In this document: positions 15,301 through 27,300 of the stretch, piece by piece | How the letters are laid out: the number at the start of each line of letters is the position of its first letter | How positions within the stretch are numbered: the stretch's first letter is position 1 | NCBI RefSeq assembly: GCF_964355755.1 | Contig: NC_092675.1 | Span: 10,411,812 to 10,475,811 of the forward strand | Direction of reading: 5' to 3' | From: Antedon mediterranea | Lineage: Eukaryota > Animalia > Echinodermata | Length of the DNA: 64,000 bases | Program-made: the position numbers and the translations under genes | The notes under the pieces: generated by a model | The model's input: the letters and a program-made list of their open reading frames with translations, nothing else | What the model was told of the DNA's origin: nothing | The model's database searches: none

Positions 15301-18300
15301 TACATAATATATTATAGATCTGCATTATATTATATTTCATTCCAGTATTGTGAACCATCGTAAGTGGTGTTCACACGCACGGTATGAGGCTAGCTTATGC
15401 CTGGCATAGCATACGCCTTTGCATGTGAAGTAGATGGATGGAGCACCCTCATAAAATATTTTTTAAATAAAAAAAGAATCTGTAGTAATTACAAATTTGA
15501 TTTATGGTCACATTTATGTGAAGCTATTACATTTTTTATTACCTTTTATTATGTTATCGTAAATTATATTATGAAAATCATACAGTATAATTTGATTCTT
15601 TAATCATTATTTTCAATTCATTATTTTACTTGAAATTAAAAAAGATGCAAAACTGCAGACTGTAGTCTATAAAACCCAAAGTATTATGATTAAAAAGTTA
15701 ATCAACATAATTTAATATAATTTAGAACTAATTTTCTTAGTAAGATATCAAATTGAAATGTAATATTGATTACTTTACTTTATCCTATTTATGCTTGAGT
15801 GCCCTGTGGCCAGCAATGCTGTCCATTGTCCTAGGTCCTTTAGCCATCATTATGCTGCTGCTTAGTGATGCAGCATCTATTTCCTGTTACTGTCTACTGT
15901 AGTAGATATAAACTACTGAATAATTTATCACCTGGAAATATAGATTCTGTTTAAAAACTTTAATCTCTTCTAATTTAAACCAAATATACATTTGTAATTT
16001 AGTACAGTTGTACCTCTTTGCAAAATGAATACTGTACAATGCCTTTTATCATTAAAAAAAATTTATAAAAGGCTACAGTATCATGATATTAGTTTAGTTT
16101 TATGACTGAGATTCTTATATAAAAGGCTAATAATCGCAGTTTTTGGCAGTCGTACACATGTGACACAGAATAAATCACTGTCAACTTTGTGTGAAGAATT
16201 ATCAAACTATCGACAGTTTCCACAACAGAACATGCGCATCCAACAACCATACGCAAACAAAGTTATGTCACATCAGAAAAAGTATGATCGTTTTGCTTAA
16301 TGCTGAGCGAGGGAGTGTTAATATTCGGACCAACTAGAACTAGTACTTCTGTAACTATTCATGTCTACACATAATTAAAGATATATTGTCCCCCTAAAAA
16401 AATTTTTAATGTCATAATAGTTATCCACTCTAACCCAAAATGGAATTTAAAAAACAATGTATTCACCTGAAAAAAAAATGTAATTTAAAGTAAAAAAATA
16501 GTCAAATTGACAATTTAACCATTTGTTTTGTCATTTTGTGAAACGTTTTTTTCTAAAGACATGATTAACTTTATTCAAACTACAAAATAATCTATTCATT
16601 ATAGTCTGATTTTATTAATCTTCATTTTCATGTTTTTTTAAACAAATAAAACAAACTTTTAAGCTGAACCCTTAGTAATTATGTTGATTAGTCATTTACA
16701 CTTTTCATCATCCGACAGAATAGAATCTTTAACAACATAGATATACATAGAATCTTTAACATTAACAACATAGATATACATAGAATCTTTAACATTAACA
16801 ACATAGATATACATAGAATCTTTAACAACATAGATATACATAGAATGTTTAACAACATAGATAGACATAGAATGTTTAACAACATAGATATACATAGAAT
16901 GTTTAACAACATAGATATACATAGAATCTTTAACAACATAGATATACATAGAATGTTTAACAACATAGATATACATAGAATCTTTAACAACATAGATATA
17001 CATAGAATGTTTAACAACATAGATATACATAGAATGTTTAACAACATAGATATACATAGAATCTTTAACAACATAGATAGACATAGAATCTTTAACAACA
17101 TAGATATACATAGAATCTTTAACAACATAGATATACATAGAATCTTTAACAACATAGATATACATAGAATGTTTAACAACATAGATATACATAGAATGTT
17201 TAACAACATAGATATACATAGAATGTTTAACAACATAGATATACATAGAATCTTTAACAACATAGATATACATAGAATGTTTAACAACATAGATATACAT
17301 AGAATGTTTAACAACATAGATATACATAGAATCTTTAACAACATAGATATACATAGAATCTTTAACAACATAGATATACATAGAATCTTTAACAACATAG
17401 ATATACATAGAATCTTTAACAACATAGATATACATAGAATGTTTAACAACATAGATAGACATAGAATCTTTAACAACATAGATATACATAGAATCTTTAA
17501 CAACATAGATATACATAGAATCTTTAACAACATAGATATACATAGAATGTTTAACAACATAGATATACATAGAATGTTTAACAACATAGATATACATAGA
17601 ATGTTTAACAACATAGATATACATAGAATGTTTAACAACATAGATATACATAGAATCTTTAACAACATAGATATACATAGAATCTTTAACAACATAGATA
17701 TACATAGAATGTTTAACAACATAGATATACATAGAATGTTTAACAACATAGATATACATAGAATGTTTAACAACATAGATATACATAGAATGTTTAACAA
17801 CATAGATATACATAGAATGTTTAACAACATAGATATACATAGAATCTTTAACAACATAGATATACATAGAATGTTTAACAACATAGATATACATAGAATC
17901 TTTAACAACATAGATATACATAGAATGTTTAACAACATAGATATACATAGAATGTTTAACAACATAGATATACATAGAATGTTTAACAACATAGATATAC
18001 ATAGAATGTTTAACAACATAGATATACATAGAATGTTTAACAACATAGATATACATAGAATGTTTAACAACATAGATATACATAGAATGTTTAACAACAT
18101 AGATATACATAGAATGTTTAACAACATAGATATACATAGAATGTTTAACAACATAGATATACATAGAATGTTTAACAACATAGATATACATAGAATCTTT
18201 AACAACATAGATATACATAGAATGTTTAACAACATAGATAGACATAGAATCTTTAACAACATACAGTAGATATACATAGAATGTTTAACAACATAGATAT

Positions 18301-21300
18301 ACATAGAATGTTTAACAACATAGATATACATAGAATGTTTAACAACATAGATATACATAGAATGTTTAACAACATAGATATACATAGAATGTTTAACAAC
18401 ATAGATATACATAGAATGTTTAACAACATAGATATACATAGAATCTTTAACAACATAGATATACATAGAATCTTTAACAACATAGATATACATAGAATGT
18501 TTAACAACATAGATATACATAGAATGTTTAACAACATAGATATACATAGAATCTTTAACAACATAGATATACATAGAATGTTTAACAACATAGATATACA
18601 TTGTGTGACAGCACAGTTTAAATTCATCTTTGATTCTACAGTATGTTTGGTTCTCTCTGTTAACTTTCATTTTATGAACATCACCAATTGTTATTGTTAT
18701 AGCTGTGAATATGATCACTGGTTCATTATTAGTATGTCATAACGTCATCAATGATTAGGTTTTAATTACCGGTATTATCAATATTCTGACTTCATCCATC
18801 TTGCAATGCAATTGTTTATTAGCTTGTTTCAAACAATTTATCTGAAGAATAATTTATCTAAAAAAACAACTGAATCAGTCAGTATTTTTTTTTTGATCAT
18901 TTAACATTATTTACAGTTACATTTTTTAATAATCTGATGTTTTATATATTATAAGCATTTTTTCATTGACTGTACTTTATTAGATTCAAAAGATTGAAGT
19001 ATACAATATTAAGGGATATCGGCAATTAGTAAATTAGTGACAATTATGGTATTAAAATAAATATCACCATCAATGTTCATATGAAGATTAACGATAAGCC
19101 TCTTAGAACACTGTCTGTTTCGCTGTAATAAATGTTGCTAAAATCTTCATAAAACAAATTGAGCAGTTTTCGCTATTATCTTCTGAGTTGATGTACTAAC
19201 TTACACTTGCATCATGTCATAGTTTGGTGTTTATATATCGACAAACATAACTGAAGCATCTATTTCTGCTTCGTTGACTTTACACTTTGTCGGATATCCA
19301 TGTGATTGTGATTGTTCCCTCATTTTCTATAGCACTCTCATGGGTACTTATGAATATTATAGTTTTTATAATTGGCTGCAATTTCTTGAGAAAAGGAATT
19401 AAATTCCATTTAAATTCACAGCAATTTTTAGGCATCAGTACATCATTGTTACAAACTTTGATCACATATGTTTCAAAGTGAGTGAAAATACAAAATCCAC
19501 ACAAATGAGAAAAAAAAATATTCAAAAAATCCATACAAAAGAGAAAAAAAAGTGTAAACACAAAATCCACATAGAAGAGAAAACAAGTATAAACACAAAA
19601 TCTACACAAATGAGAAAAAAAATATAAACGTTGTTTCCGACCAATATCTCCTTAACAAAATAGTTTCAAATAAATTAATATCTTATCTCTACAAATTCAA
19701 TTATTTAAATCCATTTTAATCGGCATATAGAGTTGGTCACAGTACTGAAACTGCCCTCACCTTGTGCCCTTGCTTTTTTCTCTGTATCATTCCCCTCTCA
19801 CTGAAATTATTAAAAAAAACAATTTACACCACCACCTATATGCTGATGACATACATTTTAATCCTTCTGAATGTCATGATATAACTAAACGAATTGAAAG
19901 CTATCACTCTAAAATATCATCCTAGCTATCATCCAACATGCTCTTGCTTAACAATACTAAAAAGTATCCGTCAAAGCGTACTACCGCTTCGTTAATAAAA
20001 GCCTCAATCACTTCTCGCCCTGACTTTTGCAACTATCTTTCTTTGCCCTACCGAAATCTTTGATGAATCGACTTCAACGTCTCCAGAACACTGCTGCACG
20101 CATTCTAACACTTACTAGAAGATCCTCACACATATCTCCTATTATATATAACCTCCATTGGCTACTTATTGACTCCCTTATAAAATATAAGATCATTTTA
20201 ATTTGATCCATTTGAAGCGCTACTTCTTATCTTCTTGATCTTCTTTCCTCCTACACCCCTCTTGCTTGTCTTCGTCCGGCTGATCAAAACCTACTGGTTG
20301 TTCCTAGAATATGGACAAAGGTCATTTTTGTTCTTTGCTGCTTCTCTTTGGAATTTTCTCCCTCGACATATTTATGACTTATGACATTATACACCGAGGG
20401 ATCTTTGATAGGATTGTGTTACCGGCTATTTATTAGGAAGATCCTATCTTTCATATTATAAATAATTAAAGTTTAAATTCTGTCAAAATAATATTAATAT
20501 TATTATATTTTAAAAATTAATTATTTTTATTCAAATCTATAATTCATCATAGTGACGAATTAAATTTAGTTATTATTATTGTTATTTTATTGTTATACAT
20601 TGTTTCTTAATTCTATAATCCTAAATTCTATAAAAATGTTCTATAATGTTCATAGTTACTATGTTCTGTAGTTTAATGAATGGTAATTCATTACAATCAT
20701 TCACAACTAACTGTAAACTTTGTACCATCTGCTGGTGGAAAGGAAACTGAATAATGTTATAAGAATAGTTTGGATTTCCAACATTCATACCAAAAATAAT
20801 TGTTGTATTCTGTGTTGCTTTATCAGGTACTAATTCAATTCATTCATTAGGTACTGTAAAGCTCTGTCTACACTATCAACGTTTACATGACAAAAATGAG
20901 ATGAGCTCATATACTGTATAGACAACACATCAAACTAGTTTTGTCAAACTAATTTGATAGTGTAGACAGAGCTTAAGTAACAAATGGAAATATTTTTAAA
21001 ATAATGTATTTGTGCTGCAGTTTTTTGGGGTTTTTTTCTCGAATTTAAGTATTAAATTTGTTAGCATATTTTGTACATTATAGTAGTTTAAATAGATTGT
21101 TCATCTTTTATTGACACTTTATTTATTATACATTGGTTTCAAGACCTTTAAACCACAAGTGAATTTTATTAGTTCTGTGTACACTATCAAACTGTGTGAC
21201 TAAAACATATGATGTGCCCATAGATTTGGGCACATCACTCTTTTTTGTCAAACTAGTTTGATAGTGTAGAAAGAGCTTAGCATTATAAGCATTGTTTGTT

Positions 21301-24300
21301 GTACTCATCTCCAGTCTGTTTTCCAACACATTAAATGAGCAAGCAAGCCGACTTTTAAACATGCAGATTTGCATACTGCTGTCAACGATGTGTGACAACC
21401 TTTTAAGCATTGATTGAGTATAGCTCACTAATTTGTGTTATAAACAAAGCTTTGCATTAAAATGAATGCAACACTAAACCAGATGGCTGTTAAGCTCTCT
21501 CATTTACATTGTAGGTTTTTAACGTAAATATGGTTGATAATTTTGATATAAATTATGCTTAATTCTGAGATAATATTGTTCAGGATGGGTTTTAGAGGGC
21601 ATTTATTGATATGAAATCTATAAACAAAATTCATAAAATAAACAGTTAATAAAAAATTATCAAAATGCTTCATAAATTGTAAATAAAAAATTAGTTTTTC
21701 ACTCCAAATAATAATGTTGCACGTACATAGTAGAATTTTAAAAAAACTTTCATTTTATGGTGTACCACTGTACATCTTACACATGGACCTTGCTTTCATT
21801 TTATGGTGTACCACTGTACATCTTACACATGGACCTTGCTTTCATTTTATGGTGTACCACTGTACATCTTACACATGGACCTTGCTTTCATTTTATGGTG
21901 TACCACTGTACATCTTACACATGGACCTTGCTTTCATTTTATGGTGTACCACTGTACATCTTACACATGGACCTTGCTTTCATTTTATGGTGTACCACTG
22001 TACATCTTACACATGGACCTTGCTTTCATTTTATGGTGTACCACTGTACATCTTACACATGGACCTTGCTTTCATTTTATGGTGTACCACTGTACATCTT
22101 ACACATGGACCTTGCTTTCATTTTATGGTGTACCACTGTACATCTTACACATGGACCTTGCTTTCATTTTATGGTGTACCACTGTACATCTTACACATGG
22201 ACCTTGTTGGGCATCTAGTCAGTCTCTTTCCTCAGTTTCCAGTTAAGCTTGAGGACAAATATAAATACCTTTACCTTTTACCTTTATAGTCAATTGGTTA
22301 AAAAGTCCAATTCAACATAAATACAGTGGCTTACAAAAGTATATTTTGATGTGACTTCTAGCAAGTTGGCAATTTGTTTAGTTGAGATGTCAGCAAAATA
22401 CAAATACACATATTGGTATTACTTAATAATGAAATTAGGGTGTGGTGCAATGTTAGATGTCAGGGGCCGGATTTATCAAACTTGCTTATTTATCAATATA
22501 TCTAAGCAAAAAAATTTGCTTAATTTTGTCTTAAATCTAAGACGAACAACACCCTGCCTTAAGATGAAAAATTTTGTCTTATCTCATTTCTGCAACAGAA
22601 ACATTCTTTTTTGACAACGCGAGCGCGCTAGGCCAGAACATTGAACATTCGGAAAGGCTACGCTAGTGCGTTTTCCGCTGTACTACGGACGCTAAAATAA
22701 TGATATCGATCTTCATAAAGATGGCCTAGAAATTGGACGAGCAAAATTAATATTTTCGGGATAGGTACGACCCATTTTACTAACTTTTAGAAACTGTATC
22801 GGCTGTCAAGGGTCGCTGTCATTGATATAAATAAATAAATTTTGATTTGATTTAAAGTTTAGAGCGAATGATTTTCGTATGTATTTCCGACTGTTGTGCT
22901 CTTTCTCTATTTCCTCAAGTAATAAAAACATACATAATTTGCTGCCCTCTAGAGTTTAATTTTGCGCATATGCAAAGTAAAATTTACCTATTTACAATTT
23001 TTCTGCTAAGACGGTTTGATAAATAAGCTTAAGTTATTTGCTTAAGCACTTCTTAAATATTTCAGCTTAAGCAAAAATATAAGCAAATATTGATAAATGC
23101 CAACCCAGGCCTTTACTGCATGTACTGTACTACTAACTACAATTTGTTGTAATTACTAATTATAAATCAAATTAGGGTGTGGTTCAATGTTACTGCAAAA
23201 GCCTTTATTACTGGGCTGTGGCAGATCATTAGTAACTAATATGAATTTATTTGTTTCAAACTCAAGTAATGCTTTGTATGCTCTGTTTATAAATTGTGCC
23301 TATACTACTGTACAACAAATTATAAATAAGTAAGGTGAGTAAGTGGCCGAGCGGTTAAGACAGTGGAACCGTAATCACGTAGCCATAACATCGGCAGGGG
23401 TTCGAGGCTCACTCACTCCATGGTTCTGGTGGTAGAACGAGTCTTCTCGGATAAGGACTATAAACCGTAGGTCCAGTGTACACAACTTGCTCGTGTGCAC
23501 TTTAAAGAACCTAGTACATCTTTCGAGACGAGTAGGGGGTTACCCTGGTGTATTAGTACATCACAGCCACTGATCACCAACTGGGCCCTCTGGGAGATCA
23601 GTCTTTGACTGAAGAGGTCACCCAGTATAAAGATAAAACAAACAAAAGTATGTGATTGGTAAATTTGTGTTTTTGATATCTGGTTCCCAAACAAGATGAT
23701 TTTGTTGGTGATATTTTATGATATGAATGCTCAAGAAATTTTAAATTAAAATTGCTTATTTTTTGCGGCTTTATTTAGCCTAAATATTATCTATAGGCCT
23801 TTGTTACCATCCGTGTATAGTATGTTACATTGTTATAAACGTGAAATAGCCTATAACAAATAAGTTTTTTAACTTTATTACTACAAGGTTGGGAAATTTA
23901 TTTTAAAGTGTAGGCAAACATCATTTTGTGACAAGTTTCTATTAGGAAGGTAATTTCCAGGCTCAAGTTAAAGAATGATTTCAATATTTTGTATAAAAAC
24001 TGTTTTTACTGAGGTAAATTGTTTTAAAAATTCAAAATTGTAAATCAAAATGTGTTCGCAGGCACTTCCAAAATGTGTTCGCACAAGGAGGTCCAATCGT
24101 AAATTATAATATTCCAATTATTTAAAATACTTTAAATTATTATTGCAACGGGAATGACACTGATTACTGTAGCACATTTCATATTTTATTTATGCCAATT
24201 GTGTATTGTTTACCCACTGCATAATTCATGTTAATATCCTGTTTTTAAACTGCATCTGAACCATATTGGTTGGTAAATGCCTAATTCTATGTGAATGGGA

Positions 24301-27300
24301 AAGTTCAAATGAAGAGACTGTATATCTCATTATTATAATTTTAATTATTTAACTTAATAATTCTGTGCTTAAATTTGTTTGACTGTATAATGAATAAATC
24401 TTTTATCATACTATTAATAATACAGATAGATTCAAAGAATTACTTTACCGTAATTCAGTTTTATTCTACTACAATTTTATTTTAATACAATATGGAGTGG
24501 AAGCCTAATTAAATCTGTTTGGATTCTTATTTTTTATTGAACAAATAGATGATGAAATAGATACATATAATTTTTTTTGTGGTGAAAATGGGTAATAAAT
24601 TTGTTACAGTGTATACCCACTTGTTCAGACATAGGGAAATTAAGAACAAAAAATATGTTGTTGAACAAAGTGGCTGCAGATAACTTAAGAAGGAAAGGGA
24701 CAAGAACTATAATTTTAATTTTCTCTGATGTAAGTTAGAATTAGCAAGTTATAAGCTTCCTAAGATAAAATTACATTTGGAACTTCTAAGAACCACGCCC
24801 CATTTTTTTAGGCGTCAATATATCGGAAACCAAAGGCTAAATTTAGTGTTGGTTTGTTGGATCATATTTCTGCGGTTTCGTCATAATCTGAGATGACTGC
24901 GCATGAACTACAGTATTCAAAATTTGGTTGATTTAGCATAGAATACCTAAATGTCAACTGAACATTTTATGCTACAGTAATACAGTATTATTATAGTTAA
25001 TAAGTTAAAGGTATTATAGTTGTACAACAAATTGCAAAAGACATATTGTACTGAAAGTGAAAATTTGATTATCTGCACAATTACCTTTTGAGTAACCAAT
25101 TAGCATTGATTCATCATCAAATGTGTTACATTTTGAAATCAACAGTTTCTAAGCATGCACGCATGGCAGTTTTGTTGTAGAACAGGGCTATGCAGTCAAT
25201 GAGGTTGTATTACAAGTTTTTATTATGTTTTATTCTTTGGATGAAAAATGTGTAAGAATAGATTATCCATCGAATGTCACTAACAGCAAATTGACATTGA
25301 CTTCAAATACACACTCTATTATACAACATTGTACTCAAAATATACATATGCCCGCAGATATTATCGTACACTAGTTAGTAGTTGATTCATAACATGTTAC
25401 CTTTCCTGTACAACTAGTAAATTGACAAATCTGTAGTCTTAGTATGTCAAATTTGAAACATTTACTGTACACCCTAAAGACTTCTTTGAGATTGTTTTAA
25501 AATATTAAAGACTTGCAGGTTTTTTAATTAGCTTTTTACTTCCTGTGTATTATTGATTAGCCTTTAGTGACGGCATATTTTTTTACCTTCTTCAGCAACA
25601 GTTCAAAGGATATGCATGTTTTATGATTTTGATGAATTTTACATAATTGCTTTTACATTAAGTACGTTTCCATCTGTTGTTTCCATACATTTTAGAAAGT
25701 ACATACAATATCTTTTGTTAATTTTGTATTCATTGTTTATTTAATTTTTTAACAATTTTGGCCTCTAAATTTCAGACTTGGTGTTTTGTACACTGGTCAT
25801 TTAAGCCCCACGCACCCACCAAGTTTAGCGTATTTTAGGTCTTTTGTAGCTATCTAACTAGATAATCTAACCTGTTATTTTTATTATTTAACTATTAATT
25901 ACACCTACTAAATACTGAATAATCTCCACGTATAGAAATAAATCAAGTAACCTTTTCTTCTTATTGTTTTTTCATTAAACCTAATAATAATACTTAAAAT
26001 GTAACAATATTCAGTAGATAAAATGTGGGTTGCTGAGAGTCTTGTGATGTTGAGTATGGAGTATTCATATTCTTGATATCTGTACTATACAATCACAGCT
26101 ACATTAAAACCTTTTAAAATTCTTTTTTTTTTTTTTTTTTTTTATAATTTATTTTTTAAAAAAAGAATAAATGGATAAATAAATATATGAATATATGTTA
26201 TTTTTGTCTAATCAATAGAATTAATAGAAAACAACAAATTAAAGTAATTTATTTTCTTTGTCAGAGATCGCAAAAGACGCTCACGTTCAAAGACACCACC
26301 TCCAACAAATCGACGTTCTCGCTCAGGATCAACTTCACCTCGAAGGTCAAAGTAAGTTTTTGTGAAAAGCCAGAGTTTCATGTATTTTTGTATAGTTAAA
26401 TGATTGGTATAATTTGTCCCCTTAAAATTGTTCCTAATGCACGCATCCATACACATCAGGTATCAGCAAAAATTGTATAGCGACGCTGCACTGCGCAACA
26501 TAGATAACTTGGACGCCATTCGGCCGGACAATACACCTGGATAGTTGTGAAACATTTACACAATTTTTAAAGTAACTGAAAGATAATTAAATAGCAATTA
26601 CTAATAATATTTTGTATAAAATAAATTATTATAGACACTAATTACAATCACCCGAAGTGTAAACAATATTTGTTTTTGCTAATGTCCGCTCGAATGGCAT
26701 CCATGGGATTACAGGAAGCTATTGTAGCAACAGTTATCTATCTTGCGCAGAGTAGCTGCCCTATATAATCCTTGGTATCAGAATATTACCGGATTTGTAT
26801 CAGGAAGGTTTTAAACTACTTTTAGATCTAACCTGGCAAAAAATGGTCTCTACATTTTTCCACTCAGGCTGTTCTTTATACAGATTGTTCCTTTTGCACA
26901 TCATTCATCGGTATCAAAATTTAAAACCGCACCTGAGTGGGGGATAATGGGTATCAAAATGGAAAGGTTTTATGAATTAAATTTGGAAACAGTTTAAACT
27001 ATACATAAACTTCCCTCAGGAAGTGAGGTTTGGGGTAATTCGGTATGAAAATATCTGGAATTGTACTGAGAAAGGTTTATGAACATGGTTTTATCAATAA
27101 TAGTAAAGTCTTTTTTTTTTATTTTAACATTATTTATATAACCCTTCCAGCTGGACAAATTAATGCCAGTTGATTCAGGAGTCCTCTTAAATTCAATAAA
27201 ATACATAAAACAGATAAATTACCAAGTACGATGAAAAAAATACATTAAATATTTATACAAGAAGTATATACTATAATCGACAGTTACAACATGTTGAACT

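Noticed and set aside
16688-18742. Long ORFs of 474-676 aa in three frames
   Set aside because: Artefacts of a stop-free 27-bp (9-codon) tandem repeat inside an intron.
21714-22289. CRISPR-like array or repeat-protein ORFs
   Set aside because: Units are contiguous and identical with no spacers, there are no cas genes and the context is eukaryotic; the ORFs are repeat translations.
23334-23420. tRNA gene
   Set aside because: A and B boxes are present but the cloverleaf is broken and it continues into a multi-copy SINE body.
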